Assembly (NCBI GenBank): GCA_963628035.1
Contig: CAVGED010000015.1
Span: 1,397-65,396 of the forward strand
Source: Paludibacteraceae bacterium
Lineage (GTDB): Bacteria > Bacillota > Clostridia > Lachnospirales > Lachnospiraceae
DNA: 64,000 nt
Direction: 5' to 3'
Shown here: positions 36,101-45,503 of the stretch, piece after piece
Layout of the letters: every line of letters begins with the position of its first letter
Numbering within the stretch: the stretch's first letter is position 1
Program-made: the position numbers and the translations under genes
The notes under the pieces: model-generated
What the model was told of the DNA's origin: nothing
Databases searched by the model: none
The model's input: only the letters and a program-made list of their open reading frames with translations

Positions 36101-36919
36101 GACGCCGCTTTGCGTGCCTGACGTACTGACATGAAATGCTCCGGCATTAAAGCTGTTATACGCATACCCTGTGTTTTGTCCCCAGTCATTTAAGCCTGCA
36201 GCACGCCCATTTGCCATATTCGTAACAGTACCTATATTATAGCAGCCATCAATGGTACTCCCATTTAATGCACGACCAACCAGACCGGAAACTGAACAGT
36301 TCTTACCCGTTGTATTCTGCGTCACAGCGACATCTGCTCCATTCCAGCAATGCTGGATAACTGCTCCGCTGCCTGCGCTTCCGGCGATTGTGCCAATCCC
36401 TTGTCCATCATCTGTATAACTATAAATTACGGAAACACTTCCACTGGCAATTCCCAGACTCTGCACCACACCCGTGCTTCCAATCGTTCCGATCAGTCCC
36501 ACCGGAGTCTTTGCCGAGATTGTCTCCTCAATCTTAATATTCTCAAACACATACCCATGACCATCAAGCACCCCTGTAAATGTTCCTGCATATGCCAACG
36601 GCTTCATCTGCTGGCTGTTCATATCAATATCATTCATAAGGTGCAACGTCTTTCCTGCAAAAGCGCCAGTCAAACCATTACTGTCCGTAACCGCTGCAAG
36701 CCAATCTGCTGCTGAAGCAATTCCCCAATCCGTTATTGCTTTTGCAGCTTCTTCGGTCATGTCCGCCTTCGTCGAATATAATGGATATTCATCTCCGTCT
36801 ACGGACATCTTCCCTGTCTCCGTTTCTCCTTCTGCGCTTACAGGAAGGATGTGGCTGGTTGACATCGAGAAAAGCAATAGCAATGCCATAACAGCAGCCA
36901 AGATTCTTTTTCCTCTCAT
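33179..36919 (-). CDS. large secreted protein with GLUG-type repeat modules (putative adhesin or glycan-binding protein)
   Basis: 1246 aa from the ATG at 36919. Signal peptide MRGKRILAAVMALLLLFSMSTSHILPVSAEG. Two modules of the type F.G.LDG.G..........VGLIG / SGLVGRA. The track start at 37270 overlaps the GH65 gene. Confidence 0.7.
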   Translation of the reverse strand: MRGKRILAAVMALLLLFSMSTSHILPVSAEGETETGKMSVDGDEYPLYSTKADMTEEAAKAITDWGIASAADWLAAVTDSNGLTGAFAGKTLHLMNDIDMNSQQMKPLAYAGTFTGVLDGHGYVFENIKIEETISAKTPVGLIGTIGSTGVVQSLGIASGSVSVIYSYTDDGQGIGTIAGSAGSGAVIQHCWNGADVAVTQNTTGKNCSVSGLVGRALNGSTIDGCYNIGTVTNMANGRAAGLNDWGQNTGYAYNSFNAGAFHVSTSGTQSGVYVLRYNNPSTSPYANVYAIGSNVSNKLNDSTCTLDSEAYSNGELAYKLNKGYTEGKGTQVYYTLADYKTVFGTEENQVVRLTLTTISAAGVETTNVYYIPAGTEYMLESGAYQVTEGEESVTIAPDGTFTVPATDVAVTIIQSGMDISALQTQLARYEGKDTKYFRNSEALKTLLESVQMKLNNIGTETTPAYTSQQEIDADVSALETAYVYADVPELPPVVEWEKYSDAPGFMIMNADDLEAAGKAAGSFTAEQTLYLGDDIDLTNSSFNGMNGLKASFDGRDHTVSNYMGTSGFFKLYAGSSIKKMTLNKSSVAGSYAIAALVEQYTNALTVENVVVKDTTVSKAEGDTQNAIAVLVSRSNKGKPVTIRNCVVSDCVLDVTKTAASQVVNVGMIMGQVNADDCIFEHNLSINNKVLGSAFSSIGLYLGECNGANVKLTNSAVWGGGFYASDGVKKPTLGRYGSLVGAFRNGTGKTDAGLTIHNVLVFNTENVDQLMRTDAHSTLTLSNVYHEEATCMKGTIGGTDAVDEATVVRLSQEAFLSGEAMYTANRENSEEDADWAVIRTTDADDETSTMVCFADESNSAPVKVTFTALDNSEAQEGFTRAYYTDSTGIMIGDDVAVTLAVSSEWKAESETAITPPTIGTKFTEDATYTAILKDIGAEVSYVSLSLDGDIGINYYVSLSEDVKHSTTAYMQFAVGENEPIRIFVKDAVKKEIGGTEYFVFTCNVNAIQMAESVKAQLIVSGTDKSPVMEYSVTEYAQTLLNDPSQPQEAKDLVKAMLNYGGYSQIKYAPETVPANQVLEETDRTLAEMPEITDTAYDRKISGTAPAGISYYGSTLILSSRTSIRHYFKLKDGAEANGFTITLSKEGTEAETLTLQEKGGLYYVDVQEINAYDLGTMYTVTVTGTDSGKAEDADTLSITYGFMSYVKGMYNTQISVNEKTNDIISAIYWYHQKAVAYYAYQNTSSEK

Positions 36920-36971
36920 GGAAATCTCCTCCTTCAATTTTAATCTTTGTTTTCTTTCCGCTCTTGCTCCT

Positions 36972-39302
36972 TCAGGCAAGACACTCCCACTGCAGCCTTC
37001 CCACGCCTGTAACCTCCCCGGTGTCTGTAAGGATACGAAGCTCCTGCTGTCCCTCCAGTACCTGGACCGCCACATCAATCCAATCTGAACGATTCCGCAC
37101 AGCTTCCAGTTCCAAATGGCTTCCCCGCCACCAGAAGCGTACCCACAAGCTCGTCCAAAGTTCCGGCAACCTTGGCCGGATACACAGCTTATCTCCACGC
37201 AAACGGATTCCGCCAAAGCCCAGGACGCAACACTGCCAGATACCACCGAGAGAAGCTGCATGGATTCCATTATCGCTGGACTTCATATCCGGCCCTAAGT
37301 CGATCTCCCTGGCCCTTTCAAACAATCGGTATGCTTTTTCACCCTGGCCGCAATCTGCCGCCAGCATGGAGTAGGCGCATAGGCTTAGGGAGGACTCATG
37401 CACACAGAAAGGCTCGTAATAAGCCAGACTGGTCCGCTTTACTTCTTCCGAAAACTGTTCCTCCATCAGCAAAAACAGATTCATCACATCCGCCTGTTTG
37501 GACACTTTAAGCTTCACATAGGAAGGGTATGGATAATCCTCCCGCAGCTTTTTCTTTCCGGCTCGGTACAACTCCAGGTTGATCTCCGGCAGGGACAGGT
37601 ACGTATCGTCCTGAGGCAGGATATTCTGCTCATTTGCTGTAGGGAGCATCAATTTCTCCATGCGCTTCTGCCAAAAAATCTGCTGCTTCTTAAGCCCCAA
37701 TGCTTTCTCCAGTTGCTCATAATCCACAGGCGACTCTTGTCTAAGCCGCTCAGACCACATGAGGGCCAGCTCCAGATTCCGGTGAGCCAGATAATTGGTA
37801 TATGCATTGTTATCGGCATGATGGGTATACTCGTCCGGGCCGATCACATCATGAATCTCATAGCAGTCCTTTTCTCTGTTATATTCCAGCCTGGAAGCCC
37901 AGAAACTGGCTGTCTCAAACAGGATCTCACAGCCATACCGACACATGAAATCCAGATCGTGGGTGATCTCATAATAGGAATAGACGCCATAGGCCACATC
38001 CGCCGTCACATGATACTCATACTCTGAAAACCGTGGTTCCGGGCAGACATCTCCATCTGTGATCCAGGCCGCCTCCCAGGGATACATTGCCCCCTGATAG
38101 CCGTGTTCCACAGCCTTCTTCCGGGCGCTGTCCAGACAGCGGTAGCGATATTCCAGCAGGGAGCGGGCTCCCTTGGGATTTTCCCAGATAAAATAAGGTA
38201 GCATATAGATCTCCGTGTCCCAGAAGCTGTGACCTTGGTAGCCATAGCCGGAAAGCCCTTTGGCTCCGATATTCATACGGTTGTCATGCAGAGGTGCCAT
38301 GACAGTCAGATGGTACACTGCGAACCGAAAAGCCAGTTGATCTCTACTGCTCCCTGCAATCTGCATATCGCGCTCCGACCAAAGCCTGTCCCAGTATTCT
38401 TCAGATTTCCGAAATACCTGATCGTAGCTAACTGCTGTAAGTTCCTGCATATTCTGTAATTCCGCTTTCATCAACTGCTCCGCAAGATTTCCGACTGGCC
38501 GACCACTCCACTCTGTATCCCTGCTGGTGGCTACCCGGCACAGCTTTTCCAGGATAAGCGTCTCGCCTGCGTAAAGCTTCTCCACACACTCGGTCATAAC
38601 TTGCTCCGGCCGGGCTTCCCGACGCAGCTTCACCTGCCTGCGTTTTCCGGCAGCATCCACGCGCCAGACCTGAATGAAAGCGCTGCTCACAAAGGTAATC
38701 CGGCTCTCATGAGTAATCTCCGCGTATTGCAGCACATCCTCCTGCACTCGGCTCTGTACCAATTGAAAATGCGGCTCTCCGTATCGTTCTCCGCCCCGGA
38801 TCCCGCTGGCAAGCTGCAACTCTCCTGATCCTTCCAGCACTTTCACTGTGACCCGCTGGCCAATCGTATGGAGGTTTGCCAGAGATACAAAGCGTTCTGA
38901 CGCAAAGGCCAGTCGCAGTCCCTCCCTGGGGCTCCACTCGAAGCTGCGATGAAGCAATCCGTTTTTCAAATTCAACGTACGCTGATACTCCCGAACAGTT
39001 TTCTCCGTCAAGTTCAGAAGAATTCCATCGGCAGCCAGGATGACCGCCGTGATGTCTGCACTGCAAGGAAGTTCTGTTGTATTTTTTGTCTTCATCCGGT
39101 CGAAGGTTCCTGCTACCAGGGTATAACGGACATTGCGGGGATAATCCTCCTCCACCGCCGCCCGTATACCCAGATAACCATTTCCCTGGCACATGATGGA
39201 TTCGTATTTTCTCACATGTTCCGGGCAAAAGTATTTCTCCGTTACCAGCCAATCTCTCATACCATTGCTTGCTGTTTCCTTCGTCTTGTCGTATTTCACC
39301 AT
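36972..39302 (-). CDS. GH65-family glycoside phosphorylase (maltose/kojibiose/nigerose phosphorylase type)
   Basis: 776 aa. CQGNGYLGIRAA near the N-terminus. Catalytic-region IHDVIGPDEYTHHADNNAYTNY. Co-located with beta-PGM. Confidence 0.85.
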   Translation of the reverse strand: MVKYDKTKETASNGMRDWLVTEKYFCPEHVRKYESIMCQGNGYLGIRAAVEEDYPRNVRYTLVAGTFDRMKTKNTTELPCSADITAVILAADGILLNLTEKTVREYQRTLNLKNGLLHRSFEWSPREGLRLAFASERFVSLANLHTIGQRVTVKVLEGSGELQLASGIRGGERYGEPHFQLVQSRVQEDVLQYAEITHESRITFVSSAFIQVWRVDAAGKRRQVKLRREARPEQVMTECVEKLYAGETLILEKLCRVATSRDTEWSGRPVGNLAEQLMKAELQNMQELTAVSYDQVFRKSEEYWDRLWSERDMQIAGSSRDQLAFRFAVYHLTVMAPLHDNRMNIGAKGLSGYGYQGHSFWDTEIYMLPYFIWENPKGARSLLEYRYRCLDSARKKAVEHGYQGAMYPWEAAWITDGDVCPEPRFSEYEYHVTADVAYGVYSYYEITHDLDFMCRYGCEILFETASFWASRLEYNREKDCYEIHDVIGPDEYTHHADNNAYTNYLAHRNLELALMWSERLRQESPVDYEQLEKALGLKKQQIFWQKRMEKLMLPTANEQNILPQDDTYLSLPEINLELYRAGKKKLREDYPYPSYVKLKVSKQADVMNLFLLMEEQFSEEVKRTSLAYYEPFCVHESSLSLCAYSMLAADCGQGEKAYRLFERAREIDLGPDMKSSDNGIHAASLGGIWQCCVLGFGGIRLRGDKLCIRPRLPELWTSLWVRFWWRGSHLELEAVRNRSDWIDVAVQVLEGQQELRILTDTGEVTGVGRLQWECLA

Positions 39303-39303
39303 A

Positions 39304-40791
39304 TCAGTTCCTCTTCAGCTTCGCCATCCAGTCTGCAACATAGGTGTACAGACTGTCATAACCGGCAGAACTGGGGTGAAGTCCATCATCAAAATCAATG
39401 TCAATATCCGTCCTGCTGTACAGGTTCAAATACGGAATACCCCAGTCCTCACAGATACGAATCGCCATATTGGCATAAGCCTCATCTTCCACGCTACGCT
39501 CCGTCTTAAAGTTCACGATATAGCCCAAAACCGCCTCCGGGTGCTGTTGCTTCGCCGTATAGAACAGAAGCTCCAGTCCTCCCGCAAAGGTACTGGTATC
39601 CGCCTTGGTCGGATCAAAGGCTGCCTGCCCCTGTAGCGTACCAAGTGCCACCTTATCGCTGGCATCGTTAAACATGCCGTGCATGATGACATAATCGTAC
39701 TTGTTGTCCTTAGCTTTCATCAGGTTGTTGTAGATGTAATGGTTCGCTCCGCTACTCTCGATTCTGGAGGTGGAAATGCACGCGCCGGACACACCGTTGT
39801 TGGTGACGTCCATCTTACAGTAATAGCCGATACGCCCGGCCCAGCCGCCACAGGCATAGATATTCGCTCTGTCCCGCGCACCATAGGTGATGGAATCCCC
39901 TACGAAGAGGGCGCTCTTTCCAGCCAACGCTTCCACAGTAGCGCTCACAGGCTGCGGAACGCCGTAGGCAGTGAGGAAGCTATTTACAATCTCTGTATCT
40001 GTCACCATTTCGCTCGCCGCAACCTGCCGACTTGTATAATAGTCCTGATAATCCGTATCATAAGCAATCTTCACATAGGACGGTGAATCTTTCGTTGGAA
40101 CCGTATAACAGTAAATCCCAAAGTCACCGCCAAAGCTCTCCACCAGCCGTAGATCCGATGATGCGATGGTTCCAGTGCTGCTTCCATTCTTGCCATAGGT
40201 TTCGCTGGCTAGAGCCATGACCTCAGTAACAGCTCCGAAATACAGCCTGTCTCCAGCCTTCACATCACAGTAGCTGCTGACACCCACAATGTCCTTCACA
40301 TCCACACCCTTCATGCTCCAATAGGCTCTCCAGGTCAGGTTGGAGATCTCTGTCTTCGCCACGGAATAGACCTTCCCAATGTCGCTCGGTGCGGAGAATA
40401 CCAGCTTTTCCACACCAGTTGGCACCGTGTACTGATAGATCACCATGCCATTTTCAAATTTATCACTGACCGTAAGTTCTGTGTCGCGGATCTTATCCGT
40501 CACGGCAGTGCCGTCTGCTGCCAGTCCGACAAGATGAAAATACTGTGCGATGTCGCATGGCCCGAACCACACATTCTCTCCGCTTTTCACTGAAATAACC
40601 TCAGAAGACACATAATCCGTGGTCAACACCCTTCCTTCATCAGAAGTATAGCCACTAAATCCCTGTTCAAATAGATTATCGAAAGGATAATCCTGAGCTG
40701 ACGTACTGAAATGGGATACTGCCAAGCATGTCAGTATAACCACCGCGATTACTGCAATTACGGAAGTTAAGATTTTCATTTTCTTCTTCAT
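39304..40791 (-). CDS. membrane-anchored SGNH/GDSL-family esterase
   Basis: 495 aa with an N-terminal TM helix. SGNH blocks FVGDSITYG, GVSGACI, MHGMFND and DGLHPS in the C-terminal half. Confidence 0.8.
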   Translation of the reverse strand: MKKKMKILTSVIAVIAVVILTCLAVSHFSTSAQDYPFDNLFEQGFSGYTSDEGRVLTTDYVSSEVISVKSGENVWFGPCDIAQYFHLVGLAADGTAVTDKIRDTELTVSDKFENGMVIYQYTVPTGVEKLVFSAPSDIGKVYSVAKTEISNLTWRAYWSMKGVDVKDIVGVSSYCDVKAGDRLYFGAVTEVMALASETYGKNGSSTGTIASSDLRLVESFGGDFGIYCYTVPTKDSPSYVKIAYDTDYQDYYTSRQVAASEMVTDTEIVNSFLTAYGVPQPVSATVEALAGKSALFVGDSITYGARDRANIYACGGWAGRIGYYCKMDVTNNGVSGACISTSRIESSGANHYIYNNLMKAKDNKYDYVIMHGMFNDASDKVALGTLQGQAAFDPTKADTSTFAGGLELLFYTAKQQHPEAVLGYIVNFKTERSVEDEAYANMAIRICEDWGIPYLNLYSRTDIDIDFDDGLHPSSAGYDSLYTYVADWMAKLKRN

Positions 40792-40803
40792 TGGATCTCC
40801 CTC

Positions 40804-43800
40804 CTATTCTGCTTTTTCAGTGAAGGTTTCTGCCCCCGGCTCACTCTGGGTTGTTAGCGTCATGAAATCCGGAAGGCCCTCCTTGACTTCGCGAATGCCA
40901 CTCTTGACATTACCATGCACTGCATTTCCACAATTCCGATACCACAACGTTGTAATATGCAGATTCGCGTCTGTAATAGGTTTTGCAGCCGTAATGGCAT
41001 ACCCCTTACAACTGTCAGCCACCATATTCCGAATGGTGATGCTTGGATATGTGCTAATATCATTACTATTGTTATATATCCGCAGGCCATTCTGCTTCGT
41101 GGAATTTAAAATAACAAGCTGATCCACCTCCAATGTATTGGCATGGTTAAGCTGGATGCCCTGATTCGTCACTGTGTCAATCCAAATCTCCGCTGCCCGC
41201 AACGTACTGTTCTTTTCCATCAGGATTCCCGTTCCGGAAGTCCCGGCTGTATTGATATTCGACACAAAAATATTGGCTCCTGGTGCACTGATGGTTCCTC
41301 CATTGTTGCGGATCCCACTAGCGGTACCAACCACATTATCCACCTTTAAGTAGCTGCCAGTGATATTCATAATGCCGGAATTCTCAATGCCATAATAGTT
41401 GCCCAGCACATCTGACACCTGGATATTAGCCGCCGTTATGGTTCCCACGTTATTGATTCCTCTTCCTGCCTTCGGGCCTGTTACCTTTATGGTTCCCGTC
41501 GCTGTCATGCTGTCTGTTGCACTCCGAATCCAGATTCCGTTACCGCCCACGTTTTTTACTGTAACATTGCCAGCTCCAAGCTTAGCGCCGCCGTTCGCCG
41601 CATAGATCCCCTGGTTTTTCACATAGGACACAGTTATATCTCCCTCCAGGCTCATAACAGTCTTATCCAGCAGAATACCGTTAAAAATAGAATTCTCAGA
41701 AGAAGTGCTGTCTGCGGCTTCCGACCCTGTGATGGTCACGCTGCCTTTTCCGGTTATGGTTCCGCCGTTCTTTACCACAATGCCACTTCCTACCGTATTG
41801 TCTGTCTTGCCATTGGCTGTTGTGGTGTAGATATTGCGGATGTCTATGACTCCATCTGCCACCAGGGTTCCGGTGTTCATAATTCCGTTTCCGGAATTGG
41901 TGTTCAGTGTAGTCGCATTATACATGGTGACATATACATGTACGCCGTCAATGATCACGTCTCCCAGAGACATCTTAGCTTTGGCCCCATTGTTATTGAT
42001 GGCATTGATATTGTTTCCGGAAATATTCTTTACCGTCAGTTGCGAATCTGCCGCTGCCAGGAAGGACCCTTTATTGTTGATGCCATGGCCTCCTGCCCCG
42101 TCAATCATGAGGTTCGCTCCGGCATACAGGGTCACTCCATTTTCATAGGAATCTCCATCATCCTTTCCAAAGGTGCGGATCGGATTAGCTTTCATTTCAA
42201 TGATACGGCTACTTCCGGTGAGAGTTGCCCAGCCGTCATAACGACACACAAGGCCGTTATTGGCACGCGCTACATCCAGATTTTTCACATACATGATACC
42301 TTTGTTGTAAACAGCATTCTCGCCTACACCATGTATCGCCAGGTCATAGCCGGAATAGCTTCCGTTGTCAATCTGCAGTGCCGTCTTGGGGATCGTGATC
42401 TCTTCCGCATCTTTGGATGCCGTTCCGGCAAGACTTCCGCTTGCTCCGGTCACCGCTTCGTTGTAGTCGCCCAGGGTCACATGATCCAGCATGGTCAGCT
42501 TGCCCTGATTCTTGATGGCAATCCCCTCCGCACCGGAAGCTGTGGGTGACACATGATTCACCACCAGGCCATCACCAGACAGCCTGGAACCCTTTTCCAC
42601 AAAAATCCCATAATTTTCAGCATAATCCAGGATCACATTCGTCACATTTGTAGCTGCATTGCCCCGGTTCCAGAGAGACGTGCTTGCCGCATTTAACACC
42701 GTCGTGTCATTTAAGTCCAAAATACCACCATTATTATCGATGAGATAATCATGGGTCGCCTGCGAACCATCCACCTGTACCGTATATAGCTTTGCATGAC
42801 CTGTATTATAAATAGCCTTGCTGGCCGTTCCGGTCAGCGTTAGTCCCTCCGCCTTCAATTCGCCGCTATTGTTTAAGAGCAAATCGCCCGCATTGGTCAC
42901 AGTGACATTTTTCACAATCAATGTCTTGCCATTGTAGATTCCATGCTTGCCGGCACCTATGATATCTGCGGATCCGGTGATCTTCAGTTCGCCGCTGTTC
43001 TGGATCCCGTTAGCTGCTGCAGACGTGATGGTAAACACCGCCCCCTCCAGCGTTCCGGTATTGTTCACGCCATATCCGGAAACCCCGGACACATTGACAA
43101 CTTCCAGCCGCATAGTTCCGCCATAATTGCTGATTCCATTCTGGGCAGCCTCCGCAACTGCCACCGTTCCAGTAGCAGTAAAGTCCCCGCTGTTGTATAT
43201 TCCGTGGTTTTTGGAATTCAAAGCCGTCACGCCACTCACCGTCATGGTTCCCGTATTCTGGATACAGTTCATACCTTTTCCACTGCCGTCCAGTTCCACG
43301 CGGGTGGCCGTCATGGTTCCCGTGTTGCTAATCCCGTGTTCCTCTGGGTTTTTCACAGTAAATCCGGTAATATAAGCTGTGCCCTTATCATTATAAAATC
43401 CATTGTGGCTGGTTCCGTTCACCTGGACATTTTTTCCTGTCATAGTTCCCGTATTATAGATTCCGTGGTTTTTAGAGGATTTGATGGTGACATTCTCCAC
43501 CGTCATGATCCCATTGTTCTGGATTCCGTTCTTGTCCGCCCCGGTGTCGCTGATTTTTACATCTGTGAGCTTCATGTTACTCTTATTGCTGATGCCATGC
43601 TCCGCTACACTGGCAACAGTCAGATTGGATGCCGTGACACTCCCCGGAGCCTTGTTATAGATTCCATTGTTGCCCGCTCCGGTGATAATGACTTCCGTTG
43701 CCGTCACCTTGGATGAGTTGTTAATTCCCTGTTTCCCCGCCCCCTCAATAGCCACCTTTTTTAATATCAGCTCGTTCTTATCATCAATAATGTAAAAACC

Positions 43801-45462
43801 GTTGGACGCCATATTCTTCAAGGTACTATCCGCAACAGTCACTGTACCCCTGGCGATATATGCGCCATGGTTTCCAATGTTGTCCGCCTTGATGCCGGAC
43901 AAAGATGTGCTTCCTTCCTTATTCTGAAGCATATTCTTGGCTACTGCGTCAATAGTCGCTCCATCGACTACAATATTACCCTTATTATTGTATAACCCGT
44001 GACTACCGATATTCTCCATAGAAATCTCCGTCGCCACGATTCGGCCACCGTCTGTCTGGATTCCGTTCTGTGCGATATCCTTCATAGCCACATTCTTAAG
44101 CTCCGCATAGGCTCCGGCATCCAGTTTCACCGCCGTAGAGCTCACGTCCTTGATATCGCAGTCCTGCATATACAGTTCACCGCCATACACGTACACGCCA
44201 TACTTTTCTCCGGTGGTTCCGGCAATGGTCACGTCTGTTACCACTGCCTTGCCGCCACCCACCGACATAGACTTATCCTTGCACTTGTTCAGCAGGCCTC
44301 CGTTGATGGTAAGGGTTCCGCCGGCATTGGACACGTTTCCGTCCCGGCTGCCAGACACAGTCAGGTTGGTAAGCACCATATCCCCGGAGAAGTTATACAC
44401 CGCGCAGGTATCACAACCCTTTGCAATAAAATCCGTTGCCGTCACTTTGCCGCCGCTATTTGCCAGACAGTACACCGCCGCCGTATCCACCATAGTTCCG
44501 CTTAATTCCATGGCACCGGTGGTGTAATTCATGATACCGCACTCGTTCAACGTGACTTTCCCGGCATAGAGACTACCACTGTTGCAAAGACCATGGTTGC
44601 AGTTGGAGATCGTTCCTCCTGTCACCTTCGCTTCAGCTCCATCCGCAACAAGGATTCCATCCTTCGCTGCCTTGTCATTGAGTCCGCCTGTCATGGCAAA
44701 GGTTCCTGCGGCCACATATACATTGTGATTCCTTGAACTGGAAATGGTTCCACCGCTCTGGGTTGTCTGCCCTGTGGTATAGACCAGCGCTCCCGTGGAA
44801 TTCCCGAATAATGTCCCTCCGGTAACAGTTAATTTTCCGTCGTTGATAACGCCGAAGGCAAGCCCGTTTTCCAGTTCTCCTCCAACGATTTCCGCCATGG
44901 CTCCCTGCGCGACCATCAGATTAACATAGCGCCCATTTGACACCACTGCCTTTTCCGTAAGGAAGAAGCTTCCGTCCTTTTCCACCAGCACGCCGTTTGT
45001 CTTTTTAACGGCATCTGCCTCCACGGAGTCCTTCATGGTTAGAGTAGCTCCGCCTTTTATCGTTAGGAGCACTGACATCCCGGAGGTATCCTCTGTCTTC
45101 ACCGCCGAACAACCCTTTCCCCAACCGGTGGTATTGTTCTCCGCTTCGTTCCAATCTCCTCCCAGATCACTTTTCACCAGGATTCTGCCGCTCCCTGTCA
45201 GTATTTTGTCTCCGTTTACGATGAGTGGTTTCGTTACGTAGATATCTCCGGTAATCTCAATGGTATCGGTGCCCTCTGCGGCCAGACGCTTCGCCAGCTC
45301 GCTGCCGCTGATGTTACTGTCGCCTGTGAACTTCCAGACCAAGAACCCGATGCAGCCGCTTAAGAAAAGCAGCAACAGGATCAGCAGCAGGATCAGACGT
45401 TTCTTTCTTCTTTTCTCATCGTTCTGCTCGCTTTCTATTACTTGCACTTCCTGTTCTTCCAT
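40804..45462 (-). CDS. giant N-terminally anchored right-handed beta-helix repeat protein
   Basis: 1552 aa from the ATG at 45462 (GGAGGAG RBS). TM segment LILLLILLLLFLSGCIGFLVW. Dozens of degenerate units of about 22-23 aa of the type ..(H/N)GI.N.G.(L/M).(V/I)....(V/I).... Confidence 0.8.
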   Translation of the reverse strand: MEEQEVQVIESEQNDEKRRKKRLILLLILLLLFLSGCIGFLVWKFTGDSNISGSELAKRLAAEGTDTIEITGDIYVTKPLIVNGDKILTGSGRILVKSDLGGDWNEAENNTTGWGKGCSAVKTEDTSGMSVLLTIKGGATLTMKDSVEADAVKKTNGVLVEKDGSFFLTEKAVVSNGRYVNLMVAQGAMAEIVGGELENGLAFGVINDGKLTVTGGTLFGNSTGALVYTTGQTTQSGGTISSSRNHNVYVAAGTFAMTGGLNDKAAKDGILVADGAEAKVTGGTISNCNHGLCNSGSLYAGKVTLNECGIMNYTTGAMELSGTMVDTAAVYCLANSGGKVTATDFIAKGCDTCAVYNFSGDMVLTNLTVSGSRDGNVSNAGGTLTINGGLLNKCKDKSMSVGGGKAVVTDVTIAGTTGEKYGVYVYGGELYMQDCDIKDVSSTAVKLDAGAYAELKNVAMKDIAQNGIQTDGGRIVATEISMENIGSHGLYNNKGNIVVDGATIDAVAKNMLQNKEGSTSLSGIKADNIGNHGAYIARGTVTVADSTLKNMASNGFYIIDDKNELILKKVAIEGAGKQGINNSSKVTATEVIITGAGNNGIYNKAPGSVTASNLTVASVAEHGISNKSNMKLTDVKISDTGADKNGIQNNGIMTVENVTIKSSKNHGIYNTGTMTGKNVQVNGTSHNGFYNDKGTAYITGFTVKNPEEHGISNTGTMTATRVELDGSGKGMNCIQNTGTMTVSGVTALNSKNHGIYNSGDFTATGTVAVAEAAQNGISNYGGTMRLEVVNVSGVSGYGVNNTGTLEGAVFTITSAAANGIQNSGELKITGSADIIGAGKHGIYNGKTLIVKNVTVTNAGDLLLNNSGELKAEGLTLTGTASKAIYNTGHAKLYTVQVDGSQATHDYLIDNNGGILDLNDTTVLNAASTSLWNRGNAATNVTNVILDYAENYGIFVEKGSRLSGDGLVVNHVSPTASGAEGIAIKNQGKLTMLDHVTLGDYNEAVTGASGSLAGTASKDAEEITIPKTALQIDNGSYSGYDLAIHGVGENAVYNKGIMYVKNLDVARANNGLVCRYDGWATLTGSSRIIEMKANPIRTFGKDDGDSYENGVTLYAGANLMIDGAGGHGINNKGSFLAAADSQLTVKNISGNNINAINNNGAKAKMSLGDVIIDGVHVYVTMYNATTLNTNSGNGIMNTGTLVADGVIDIRNIYTTTANGKTDNTVGSGIVVKNGGTITGKGSVTITGSEAADSTSSENSIFNGILLDKTVMSLEGDITVSYVKNQGIYAANGGAKLGAGNVTVKNVGGNGIWIRSATDSMTATGTIKVTGPKAGRGINNVGTITAANIQVSDVLGNYYGIENSGIMNITGSYLKVDNVVGTASGIRNNGGTISAPGANIFVSNINTAGTSGTGILMEKNSTLRAAEIWIDTVTNQGIQLNHANTLEVDQLVILNSTKQNGLRIYNNSNDISTYPSITIRNMVADSCKGYAITAAKPITDANLHITTLWYRNCGNAVHGNVKSGIREVKEGLPDFMTLTTQSEPGAETFTEKAE

Positions 45463-45503
45463 GTAAGATTCTCCTCCTTCTTCTTGCTCTCCGTTTTGCA
45501 AAT

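Noticed and set aside
36920-37270. The N-terminal 117-aa extension of the GLUG-repeat protein that overlaps the GH65 gene.
   Set aside because: It overlaps the well-supported 3' end of the GH65 CDS. A typical signal peptide with an upstream GGAGGAG RBS starts at the ATG at 36919.
40804-45462. The repeats in the beta-helix gene could be DNA-level tandem repeats prone to slippage, or a DGR target.
   Set aside because: The repeats are degenerate at the protein level, and no long identical DNA units were noticed. No reverse transcriptase or template repeat is in the window.
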